A DNA stretch of 64,000 bases from Spizellomyces punctatus DAOM BR117 (lineage: Eukaryota), in the NCBI GenBank assembly GCA_000182565.2, contig KQ257459.1, one strand, 5' to 3'. The position numbers were made by a program, and so were the translations under genes. Shown one piece after another: positions 26,530-42,844 of this stretch; positions within the stretch are counted from its first letter, which is position 1; each line of letters begins with the position of its first letter. The notes under the pieces were generated by a model. It did no database searches. It worked only from the letters and a program-made list of their open reading frames with translations, and was not told the origin of the DNA.

Positions 26530-28561
26530 ATGCTGGGACTAAACACGTTTCGCTCTACTGTCCTCCTGCTGGTCGGGATTGTAGCATATTTGTATCTTTC
26601 CCCAGATACCAGTATTCTCAGACAGCGAGCAGTGCGTGCACCGCTCCCTTCGACCGACCGGGTTATCTTTCCGGCATTGGCAGAACAACTTGCCCGTGGG
26701 GGAACATATGATATCCAATTTCAGTGCGGCGTTGAGCTTGCGTATGTGAATATCGACCTGTATGTGGTCCAGGTGCGTCGTTTTGATGGTACTGTAAGCC
26801 TAAGTTGGTTTTTAATTCAACACTGAAGCCTCTCATGCACAGGGTGAGACAACCTATGTGACTTATCTGGCTACAAACGTCACCGCCCCCGCGGCGGGTA
26901 TAGGCAGTATTCCTATCAAAATTGGAGACAATATGAGAACAGGATCCAGTTTTGTTCTGAAAGTATGGGGACCGCGAAAAGACGGAAATGGCACATATGA
27001 AGTTCCCAACAGCGATCATTTCGCCATCATTGACCCTTCCGCTGGTATATGCTGCAATGATGAATTCAGTGAACCTAATTAGCACTGACGTGAACCAATA
27101 GGGGAATGGAACAATCCTGGACTCTCGTTGAAGGGCGGTACCCAATTCTTTACAGGGCGCCAAGCGACGCTCAACTATACTTTGGGCTCCGCCTTTGATG
27201 GTGTCAAGAGGTGATTGCCCAGCATTTCGTGGATTACACGGATTATTGGCTAATTGAGAGAATTTCTATAGCATTCGGATCGATCTACTTTCAGCCGAGT
27301 GGAAAGACATATATACCATTGCTGACGGCATACCAGCCTCCGGCCATGCTGATACATACACGTTGGTCTGGCATATTCCAGCCTCTTTGCGCTTATCCCA
27401 GTTCTATCATCTGCGCATCACTGCCTCGGCTGCTACTTTGGTGAAGAAGAATGCCGTTAATGCTCCAGTTGATGATAACGGTGCCATGCTCAGTTCCCCC
27501 GAATTTGCCATTTTCCCGCACACCGCCGTCATGCATCCGGCTATGACCATCAATGTACAGACATTTTGCTTTATCCTATTACAGTCTATTTACTAATCAG
27601 TTGATGCAAGGCTCCTACGAAGTGGGTCACCAATAGTACCGTTGTTATTACGTGGGCATTTCAACCATCTCCGCTTGCGAACGTTGGCCAGTGGAATATT
27701 GAGCTATACAACACCGCTTTAGGCACTGGACGGTCCCTGGGTGTTTGTCTTGGGATATTACCCAACCAAGGATATGGCGGCCAATTTAGCTATGTGGTTC
27801 CTCAGGATCTACCTAGCGGAATCTATTTCCTACGCTTGTGGGGATGGGGAACTACTCAACAGGCGTCTGACAACGTCGATCCCGTCAGTGGAACCAGCGC
27901 CCTTATATACGTTACAGATCAGGCTACTGCGTCAGCATATAGTGAGTTCCTTTGTGGTGCTGGTGACTGGTCTCCATTTTTAACCGCCCGGGGTAATGAA
28001 TGATTTGTTTTATTAGCGCTCTCGGTCAATGCACCTGCGCAATGGCCACAAACTAAAAACGTCTCTATCTCGTGGAATTATAAGTCTGACCTGCTGAACG
28101 TCAGTGGGTGGAATATTGACTTGTTCAGAGATAGTGGTATGTATGTCTTTTACAAAGATAATCGCACTTTTTCTCATCGCTCACACGATTTATTTTTTGC
28201 AGTGGTGTACAAGCTGTACAAAGGGCTGACTACAAGTAGTTTACCTGCTAATGCCACGAACTATGGCTTGGTGGTCCCGAGCGACTGGCTTCTCGGTCAT
28301 GATTATGTTGTCCGCGTGTATGGGTTGGTGCAAACGGGAAACCAAACTCAGGAGATTGGGGCATTTAGTGCCATATTTTCCGTTGTCGAACCAAACGGTA
28401 GTCAGACTACAACACGCAAAGGCATTCCTGCCGGTCCCACCGCTAGTTCAGGGATGCTGGCAAATGCTGGAGGTCGGACAGTGGATGTGGATAAGAATAT
28501 GGCGCTCACCACTGCCGCAGCTTTGGTTGGTATGGGTCTTGTGGTGGTATTGGCGTTGTAA
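26530..28561 (+). CDS. Secreted/GPI-type surface protein with about four tandem Ig-like (Kre9/KNH N-terminal-like) repeats
   Basis: N-terminal hydrophobic segment; repeated modules (..ITW..WNIELY..W.VP.DLPSG.YFLRLWG..S..F.V); Ser/Thr linker; terminal hydrophobic tail ALTTAAALVGMGLVVVLAL. Confidence 0.65.
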
Positions 28562-28824
28562 ATCTGACCCAGAGAGAGACTGAGGGAATATAAACATAGG
28601 ATTACATATAATGTTAATGTCTGTTAATTCTCGTTCTGGTCATCAAGACCGCCCTATATATACCAGTGCATGACGTGCGGTTGTGATGCCAGAAAAATGG
28701 CATAACTGCCGACAGTCACCAGCTGCGACTCGCGTCGGATTATGAAAGCGTACGAGCACGTAATCGCCTCACTTGCTGCGCATCAGTAGCCAGAAGCATC
28801 TCAGCTCCAACTGCACTGTCAATA

Positions 28825-31457
<2,633 letters not shown>

Positions 31458-31508
31458 GAGTAATGATTACGTGCATATAATGAGACCCCTCAGCTACGTT
31501 AAGCACCT

Positions 31509-32939
31509 CTACATCATGATTTTCACTCGACTTCTGACCTCTCTTGCCACCTCATGCACGGGCACCACCGCAAACTCCCCCTTGACAGACAGCCGATGCC
31601 ATGCAATGCCGTATAGCTTGGCGCATTCCTCGGCCTTCACTAACAAATCTCTTGCAGCTGCTCCCACCTTGTCCTCCGCATGCGCGCCGTTACCAGCCCC
31701 TCTGGTCCATCCTTCAAACCCCCAGGTGCGCATGCTTAAGCAATATGCCCATGGGCCAAGAGGATCGTTGAAAGCTGCGTCAAGTAGCACTAGGATAACG
31801 TCCATTGGCACACGACGCCCCACACGATCGCTTGCCTGAGCAGCTTGTATTCCCTTTTCTACTGTTGTCCATAGGCAACCGTAAATACGTGCTGCATCGA
31901 GGCAGGCCGCAAGGGTCTCCGGGCGGTGGCAACGGACCGATAAGTCCGAACCTTGCGTGAGGGTTGTTTGCGGGTCTTCAACGTCACAAAGTGGTGGGAG
32001 ATTGAAAGGATGGCCGTGCATAGCTGCGAGTCGGAAGAGTTCAGAATTCAATCTAACCCAGTTGAGATCTTTCACAGCTGGAGTGACTGATTCTGGCATT
32101 GATGTGGTCGGTACCCGTTCGATTCTGACCGACCGCAAGCTTACACCGTCCGACACATCCCGCTCAGATTGATCGTCTGGTATAATTACCGGTGGAGCCA
32201 CACCAGCGTCGCTGATTGGTCCTCCACTAGTATAGTGTAATGCATGCCTAACTATAAAGTCCCTAATGACCTTCACCGCAGCCCAGCAGCCCTCCTCATA
32301 ACGGTCCAATGTTTCCCGAAAAGCCGCAAATATGACTCTTCGCATTGTCTCACGCCGAATCGTGCGAACAGTCTGTGGTCGGCCTTTACGCGGAAAGTCC
32401 CCATCCTCTGTTTGGACTTCTTCATCTGCATCTATTTCACTGACTGGGCCTCTCTCGGAGGCGTCACCTGCCATGCTGTCTCCAGACGGTCCCGCTAGTC
32501 TGGCCGCATAGTGAACATTCAATATGTTGTCGAGAGTTAGAGGATCCAGATGAACGACGTCGGGAAGAGATGGAGGACGGTGGCCCCAACACTCTGCCTC
32601 CTCGATTGATTCTTGGAAACGCTTTGTTCGCTTGGCAATGTACCTTTCCACAAGCTCACGATACCCGTGAGATATATTGCGAACATTGGCCAATTCTGGA
32701 GAGCAGACATGAACTATTTTAAGAAGAATCGAGCTGGGAAGCATCTCCAGGGTTCCCAGATTTGAGGAAGGTGGGAGAACAGGCGTTTGCAATGCTGGGG
32801 AGCTGGGGACACTTCCTAGCATCTGGGCCATTGACGTCTTTTTGCCCAGGCGACTGAAGGCACTTTTGCTTTCGGCCACAGGACTGGGGAGGACGGCTTT
32901 GGCGTCCTCAGTTACGCGGGAGTCACCACGTATACGCAT
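31509..32939 (-). CDS. Intronless hypothetical protein (476 aa) with F-box-like segment
   Basis: Long uninterrupted ORF; LEMLPSSILLKIVHVC resembles an F-box start. Confidence 0.6.
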   Translation of the reverse strand: MRIRGDSRVTEDAKAVLPSPVAESKSAFSRLGKKTSMAQMLGSVPSSPALQTPVLPPSSNLGTLEMLPSSILLKIVHVCSPELANVRNISHGYRELVERYIAKRTKRFQESIEEAECWGHRPPSLPDVVHLDPLTLDNILNVHYAARLAGPSGDSMAGDASERGPVSEIDADEEVQTEDGDFPRKGRPQTVRTIRRETMRRVIFAAFRETLDRYEEGCWAAVKVIRDFIVRHALHYTSGGPISDAGVAPPVIIPDDQSERDVSDGVSLRSVRIERVPTTSMPESVTPAVKDLNWVRLNSELFRLAAMHGHPFNLPPLCDVEDPQTTLTQGSDLSVRCHRPETLAACLDAARIYGCLWTTVEKGIQAAQASDRVGRRVPMDVILVLLDAAFNDPLGPWAYCLSMRTWGFEGWTRGAGNGAHAEDKVGAAARDLLVKAEECAKLYGIAWHRLSVKGEFAVVPVHEVAREVRSRVKIMM

Positions 32940-33329
32940 CCTTGCAATGGCAAGAGGTAAGGGTCACGACGCTAACAGAAGGAGAGAGAGCTTTTGATGA
33001 AAAAGTTGGGCCACCGGAAGGTATTAATGAATGCTCCTTACGCCCACCAAAGCAATGTTTATCGCGACAGGTAGACATTCTTAGTCTACACGTGGAGTGT
33101 GGCTAAAAAAAGCCATACGGAGTGGTAGGTGCCGAAGCTGGCAAGGCGCCAGCCCCGATGCTTACGCGAAGCTTAGTTGCGTGTACTGGTATCGAGATGC
33201 GATGAGTCACGGCAGGATTGCGCCAGTTCTTTGATGAAAGGTGCTAGGTTCCATCTACTTGCTCCTCGCTGGAACGCTTCGCTCCTAGGGTCACTTCGGT
33301 TTTCCGCCCCTATCCGTACTATATCTGCC

Positions 33330-34676
33330 ATGACTAACCAACAGGCACCTACCGGCGGAAGTCCGCGTGTAATTCTTGGGACTATGACCTTTGGGACAGG
33401 TCAGGCAGCCATTGGTTGAATGTTAGCAAGCAGTGCACTGAATAAGAACTTAGGCGTTGGTGGTCGTATCAATGATTTGAAAGAGATTCGCCGAATTCTG
33501 GACCTCTTTCATTCGCATGGACACACTGAACTTGACACTGCTCGCATGTATTGGTAAGATCGCAAAGGTTCTTACTCATGGTGCGATCTCTAACTCGCTT
33601 GCGTTATGTATAGTGATGGAAATACCGAGCAAGTCCTTGGTGAACTGCAAGTGCAAACCACTCCTCCACATTTTAGCGTGGCGACCAAGGCATTTCCCTT
33701 CGAACCGGGCATGCATGAACCTGAGCGCCTGAAGGCACAATTTCGCGCTTCCTTGAAAGCGCTGAATACAAAGCGCGTAGACATTTTTTACCTGCATGCA
33801 CCCGATCATGCCACTCCGTTCAGCCAAACATTGAAAGCGGTTCAGGAACTATATGAAGAAGGAACCTTCGGAGAGCTTGCCTTAAGTAATTATGCTGCCT
33901 GGGAGGTTATGCAGATTTGGTGGATTTGCAAATCTCAGGGATACGTGCTACCAACTTTGTACCAGGTATGCAAAGCAGCTCGGATTTCAGGCCAGCTACA
34001 TATCAACCAAATTGTATGCGTAGGGCATGTACAATGCCATAACTCGGGCAGTCGAGGTAGGTTTCATTGATTTTGGGCAAATTGATACACGGCTCATAAT
34101 ATGTGTGTAATCAGCCGGAACTTTTCCCTTGTCTACGTGAATTGGGAATTCGATTTTACGCATACAACCCATTGTGTGGAGGGCTGCTCTCCGGTCACTA
34201 CAAATTCCAAGATGCCCCCAAAGAAGGACGATTCGATCCTACACACACGCAAGGCGAAAGATATCGCCAACGCTATTGGAACGAGGTACATGCTGACAGA
34301 TCGGAATCTGTATATGACGGCTCATTAATGGAATTCCATTTCATAGACGTATTTTCAAGCCGTGGAGTCCATCAAAGCCGCCTGTGCGGCCAATAACCTA
34401 ACCCCGGTAGAAGCAGCGCATAGATGGCTGGTGCATCATTCGAAATTGGACAAAAGCAAAGGGGATGGTACGTGGGGTTTGCGTAACATCCATTTATCAC
34501 GCGCATAGGTCCTTACTACAGTGCTGTTAGGAATAATCATTGGCGCATCCTCCTATGATCATGCAAAGCAGAATTTGGAAGATTGCGAGAAGGGACCCTT
34601 GCCCGATCAAGTGATAGCTGCCTTGGATGATGCATGGGCTAAGACGAAGAGCATTGCACCTTCATATAACCGTTAA
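33330..34676 (+). CDS. Aldo-keto reductase, aflatoxin B1 aldehyde reductase (AKR7)-like
   Basis: ILGTMTFG, GHTELDTARMY, ATKAFP, VDIFYLHAPDH, LSNYAAWEV, YQGMYNAITR, FYAYNPLCGGLL, IIIGASS; an in-frame upstream ATG at 33234 is possible. Confidence 0.9.
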
Positions 34677-35071
34677 TGGTAGCAGATAGTGGTAGATCGC
34701 TAGCTAGTGTGGACAACACCAGAAGTGGCTTAGTGTAGCCTTATCATATTTAAAATCGCCTTCAACATACACGTGCAATTTGCGGTCAATGACGATGTTA
34801 AGGAAGGAATTTCTCTCTAACTCAAATGGACGCAAAACCGTACATATAAAAGAGAAACTAAAATGTATAGGACGAGGAAGAACAAAATAAATCACACAGA
34901 AGTGTCCAGGGACGCCGACAAGGAAACAACAAGCAAATAGCCGTCCCTAACCAGCTATATAAACTAGACTAACAACCCCTGCGGGCTACAGACATCCTAC
35001 ATTGGAAAGGAAGGAAACGTTTTCCCACGCCGCTGCATACGCCCGCACATGCTAGTCAATACGCCACCTCA

Positions 35072-36370
35072 TCACATCAATCCCGCATCTCGAAGGTTAG
35101 TTTGAATGATGATATCATTTACCGCGGCCATCACAAACTTAATTTGTGTCGTATCCGTAGCACAGGTGAAGTGAGTATAAATCTGCTTCTGATCGGATTG
35201 ATTCAAGGAGACAAATCGATTGAGGATGTATTCGCAAGCAGAGTCGTAGTCTTGACCTGTGTAGAAAGTAAGGAATCGTGGCATCGAAGATGTTGTTTCT
35301 AAAAATACACACCAGCATAGTCCGGGAAATATTTCGACATTGGGGAAGTGGGCAGTTTGTCTCGGAAGAGATCAATTTTGTTTAGGAAAAGGATAATGGA
35401 AGTTTTGATAAACCACCTGCTGTTGCAGATCGAGTCAAAAAGTGTGAGAGCCTCTTGCATGCGGTTCTGAAATAAGATCTTTAATGACGACGCTCGCGAG
35501 AAACTCTCAGTGCAACTAGAGGACGTACCACAGTCTCATCCTCTACTAGCACTTGATCGTACTCGCTAATTGCAACCAAGAACACAATAGCAGTAACATT
35601 TTCAAAGCAATGAATCCATTTTTTTCGCTCAGACCGCTGACCGCCAACGTCGAACATGCGGTAAGTGAGATCGCCGATGTGGAAAGTGGTTTCGGTGATA
35701 CCAGTAGTTTTCACTCGTGAACGGAGCACGTCCTGATCAGTAGGAAGATAATCAGGAGCAGCAATACGCTCGATAGAGTCGAAATAGCTACAAGGTGACC
35801 AAAGGTGAGAAGGTGTGCGGGAACAGGAGCATTGTATGAGAACTCACTATTTGGCTGAGTCGTTCAGCTGAAACTCCCGGGACCTGGCAAAAACCGCTTG
35901 CACGCCATCGTCTGTCCACAGAGATTTCACGGCCAGCGCGACCTCAGGTGGAAAGATTTCGGCTTCAAGCTGGTTAGGTAAGTCCAGAATAACCGCGCGA
36001 TGCTTCTCGTTTTCCGTTTTTGCCAACCGAATCCCCATCGTAGCCATAGCTTCAAGGATGACCCGCATCGACTGAACAGTGTTTGAGAAGATTATTTCTT
36101 TGAAGGCTTCACGCTCTTCAAAGCTATAACCATTGTCATGGATGAGCTTCATTTGCTTGAGAATTGTACTTTTCCCTGATTCACCCGCACCTAGCACACA
36201 AGATGCTTATTAATCGCCAAAACAACGTATGCTCAAATGCAATTATGCGTACCCAGTAGCAGCATCTTCACTTCATTCCTCAGATTCATCTTTTCTTTTT
36301 TCAAAGCCATGTCAATTTCGTCATTACGGCGCTTGGACTCTGAGTCCTCGGCACTCTGACAGCAACCCAT
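35072..36370 (-). CDS. Heterotrimeric G protein alpha subunit (Gi-like, group I)
   Basis: MGCCQS N-terminus; [56 protein letters not shown]. Confidence 0.96.
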
Positions 36371-37484
36371 GTTTGTCCGACCCTCCAATCACTACAAAGA
36401 GAAAGCATATGTGAGTCATTTAGAGCTAATGAAACCTGCTCGTTGACGGTGCATGGGATTGTCTTGCAGATGCTTGTAGGATGCAGCTTTGTCAGACCTT
36501 CCGGCCAACTAGCCACATCCCTCACAAGACAATGCATCGTGCACAACGCCCACATCATCTCCAAGCAAGAAAGCCTACCTGAATCAACTGTGCGGGACGG
36601 AAGGATACCACCCTCGGGCGCCTAACGGGTGGGTAGAGGTATGAAAAAGATAGCGACCGCACCAACCAAATAGAGGGCGGAGAAAAGGCGAAGAAGCCGA
36701 AAGAGGTCTGATACTACCGCGGCTCGGATGTGACTGATGATGCGTCGGCTACCAGAGGATCACCCTGTGATGGTGCAAATTGTCGAATCTTGGGACGCTG
36801 TCCTAGTATGCAAAAAGAAATGTAGGTCACTTACCAATGAGATTTCGTAGCGCCTGCACAATGGGAGAATCCAGAGGCGGAGTCTGGTTTAGCTGGCTGT
36901 GAAAGCAGGAGGAGAAAAAGCGTGATCAAGTTTTTGGGCGATAGTGTTCCAACGGGGAGGCCGCCAAAGTTCCAGGGAGTAGTACCCTCCACAGCGGCCA
37001 GTTTTTAACCAAAAAGGTATCATTACGCACGTGACGAGACGCAGCGATGTGACGGCAACACGAATGCATGCATTTTTGATGTACTTTAGTCCTTGAAATT
37101 ACCTGACGGGGAAATCACCCTTTACGGAGATGTTTGTCTCATCCACTTGTACCCCCCAGCCATGCCAATGTCTCTTTTTGGGCGGGGGGAGTGCGTGGTG
37201 GATGGGCGGAGTATGAATGGACGCTTGCATAACGCCATGCATAGAATTTACAAATAGCCATCATTATAATAATACATTGCATATCTGTGGTACGGCGTCA
37301 GACGAGGATTTTTGTTCATGACAAGGAAGCCCTTCAGATGCAAATGTTTGAATCCTGGCTGAATCGCTTCAATATCACGTGATAGTCTGCGCCACATGAC
37401 ATTTGGCACGTAGCAACCTAATCCTGGTGTCGGGGAGATAGTGGGTGGTTGACTGCTTGTCCCAAGGGCGACGTACCGACCATA

Positions 37485-38480
37485 ATGCAGTCGCAGCCTT
37501 CACTTGCGACCTTATTTACCCGCCTGCGGGTGGGCGCTACGACTTCCCAGGGAGCCTCGTTGGTTTCTCGTAGATGCCTTACAAGTGGACGTGGTGTCCA
37601 CCAGCGAGGGTCCGTTGCGTCACCCGTCACAAAAGCCATTCCCGGTGCTCCAGACAGGAATGGCAGATCACTGGCTCATACCGCCTTCTTTGCGGAACAC
37701 CGTCCGTTGGTACCCGAGGCAGAGGTCATGCTTGCGAGGGAAACAGCGTCAATGAAGGCGGAGGCTAGCTTGAAGAAATCCGATAGTATCGACGACATTG
37801 GTACGTTCTCTTTGAATCCAAATCAGACCTTTTCAAAATTATAAACTTACCGATGTGTGGTGGGAACAGCGCGCTACAACGACGAGTACGCAAAAATCTT
37901 CAATGCCTTTACACCTTTCCTTCCTCCGTCCGAGCACGCTTACACCCACGCCCACGAGTCTGCTATCAGGGCCTCCCCGCCAAAAGCGGCTCACTCCTAT
38001 ACCATTGCAGACTACCTAAATTATAAGGCTATTTCCAAGGGTGTGCCCTCCACTGTCACACCGCCTGTCCGCAACACAGTCAAAGCAGAGGAAAGTGTTA
38101 TGGAATCAACCGACGAACTTCTTCTGGGTGCCTTCTTTGCTTCCGCGAAATCACCTTCATTGGGGCTGACCGCGGCGTCGCGAAAATATCTGGCAGATAT
38201 GCACGGCAGTGGGATCTTTGGGGATCTGGCGTTGGAGAAAGCTTCGCATTCGGGTGGTATTGCGCTCAAGGGGATGGGCAGACGGAGGCGCATGATACGG
38301 GTACCTGGATCGGATGAAAAGAAAGGTCAGATGATGGAAGCTATTAGCATTTTGAAGCGGAGAAGAAAGAAGATGAAGAAGCACAAGTGGAAAAAGCAGA
38401 GAAAAGAAGTCAGGGATTCGACTAGGTACAATAAAGAGCGGAGAAAGAAAGGTGGTGTGCAAAGGGAGAAACAAGAATAG
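37485..38480 (+). CDS. COX24: Mitochondrial mS38/Cox24 (AURKAIP1/DUF1713) family protein, one intron
   Basis: Arg-rich presequence; C-terminal EAISILKRRRKKMKKHKWKKQRK. Confidence 0.75.
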
Positions 38481-38704
38481 GATCATTGGCGGGTGTCTTG
38501 GTGCTTGGGCATGGTTGGGCTACGTACGGCGCGCATTCAAAGGGTCAACAACGCTTGACAATTATGATCCGATGTTAACATGATAGGCATTACAGTAATT
38601 TACTTCATAAGAGACTGCTCTATTCTGTATTTGGATGCGTTGAATGAGCTAATAGTTGACGCATGCACAATGTCACACCTGGCGATGAAAACAGGGAACC
38701 AAGA

Positions 38705-39922
38705 CTAATCCAGTAACTGATATAACTCTAATTCCTCGTTATAACTGCAACGCTGTCAGTATGAGAGCCACAATATTCGCTTGGTTGCCTACCTTTCCAG
38801 TTCGTCTAGTTCCCGTTGCAGCTCCGCAGCATGAGTTTCAGATCGATAGAGTTCCTGTTCTAAACTTGCAAATCTTGCTGCCGAGACAGACGTGAGGTAC
38901 TCATTGGTAACATCAGAAGGCGGTCGACGACGGTGTTCAGTAGACTGAGGCTCGGTATTCCGCGGGCGTCCTTGACAGGTATGGTACTTCAGATATGACT
39001 GCTCGTTAGTGGCTATAGCGCTGGTACCTTGGATCAGAGTTTTTGAATCTAGGAGTGCTTCCAGTTGAATGGAAAGTGATCCTGAATCCGGATTTTGCAT
39101 GGCTGTCAAAGAAAGGTCCATCATCTTTTATGTTTCCGCAACCAAGAAAATACACCAATCCATACCGTCTCCTTCTAGATCTTCGAAGATTTTAATGACA
39201 TTTCCATACATTTCATCCAGGTCTCCATTGTCACAATCTTCAACTGCGCCGTAAATTGAGTCCAGGATCTTTAGACGCAGACGCAAGATGTTGACGTCCA
39301 CAGAAAACTGGCAGCTTTACCGCGCCTACGATTATCATGTGCACACGTGTAGAAGCCATAAGGAATATACATACAGGAGCGACTCTTCTTCCAGCTTATA
39401 TTTCGCAAGCCAATAATCGATGTGACGCTTGTCACGCTCTTTCGATTGCGTGAATGTACGGAGTCTTTTTTTGCTATAGGATGTGAGAGGAAGTTATGTA
39501 CGATGAAGGCCACAACTTAAATGCCTTTCAATTTCGGAGCGTTGGCCCTCGTTTTGCGCTCTCAAGCTTATAACAGCGGATTCCACAGAGCCAATCTCGT
39601 TTTCAGTTTCTGTGATACTGTTGCAGGCTTATGAAATTTAGAGTGAGAAGCAAGAAGGGGGAACTATCACTATATTATTACGTCCAAAAAGGAGTATTAG
39701 TCAAGTACTTTGCCTTAATCGATCTTCCAGAAATTCCAACTCCCCTCGCTCTGCCAGATGGCCTTTAACGGGAGATCGCACTGAAATGGTATGTACAGCA
39801 GGCTTGAGAAGTCGGATAAATAAGCTACGTGTACGGACCTAGCCTACCGGAAAGTTCATTCCTTTTGTTTGCAGCTATCAGAGACATGGGGTAAAACCTT
39901 ACAAAACGAGACTTGGAGGCAT
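38705..39922 (-). CDS. Multi-exon coiled-coil protein, possibly CCDC122-like
   Basis: Spliced exons give ELEFLEDRLRQ, SITETENEIGSVESAVISLRAQNEGQRSEIE, YWLAKYKLEEESL, MQNPDSGSL, ETHAAELQRELDELE; boundaries approximate. Confidence 0.5.
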
Positions 39923-39973
39923 GGGAGAGGTAGAGATCTATGCGTGGTGGCTGGTTAATCTATAATTGAGTTC

Positions 39974-39985
39974 GCTGAGTCAGCA
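39974..39985. promoter_or_regulatory. Palindromic bZIP (AP-1/MARE/ARE-like) element upstream of RPT5
   Basis: GCTGAGTCAGCA about 190 nt upstream of the RPT5 ATG, close to GTCACGTG at 40011. Confidence 0.4.
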
Positions 39986-40170
39986 ACTCTCAACGTAGAT
40001 GACGAGTACAGTCACGTGGCTTGACACTGAAGGAGGAGAGAACCACCAGGACGGGACCGCGCGACAACGGTAGACTGCTCAATCATCTTCAACAACGTTC
40101 CAGCACTTTTAATCGTGTGTCTGTTACCTGCCAAGTCCTCGACTTCAAGTGAATCACATACCTACACAAA

Positions 40171-42145
<1,975 letters not shown>

Positions 42146-42844
42146 TTTTGTATATGGCCTTTTAATACCACCATATTCTGCTGGAGATCCTTTTTTTGGC
42201 TATCATATTTAAAGTTTCCTATTCCCTAATGGCAAGCAACCCCATTGTCACGTGGATTTGGCCAAGGCTCCATACCTACATTTTATGGTTTAAGCAGAAA
42301 GAAAACCATGTTAGTTACTATTTCGACTGATTGCAGCGGGAACGATGTTCAAAAGAAGGACCGCTGTGAAATCAAAAATAACAGCGAAAGGAAAGAATTG
42401 CCTGCAAGCGAACGTGAGTTTACGGGATATATCTGCACCAAACTTGCGTCAGTGGTACAATTTTGCCTGTATTTGTCCGAATTGGAAAATCAAAAATCTC
42501 TCAACGGACAGGGCACTTTCCTCCAGCCGAACGGCAAAAGAGCTATTTAACAATCTCTGTTTTCGACAGCTCGCCGTCTTGGCATCAGCATCTCATCTGC
42601 GAAGAGAGGACATTAGTGTTTTGTAGTGGTGTGGTATTCCCCCCAACACAGTAACTTTTTTAGAAACGGGTGACTGTTGAATTTCATACAAGGTTGCGAC
42701 GAGTCGGTTTCCAAAGCCGTTCCTTTTTTTTTTTGGTAGGTTACTACTCTGGTTTTATCTCTGTGGTTTCTGTCTAGAAAGGAGAGTGTCCCTCATCTCT
42801 ATCTTCCTGTTTTTTGTTGGACAAATTCCCATCTCAGTTACCCA

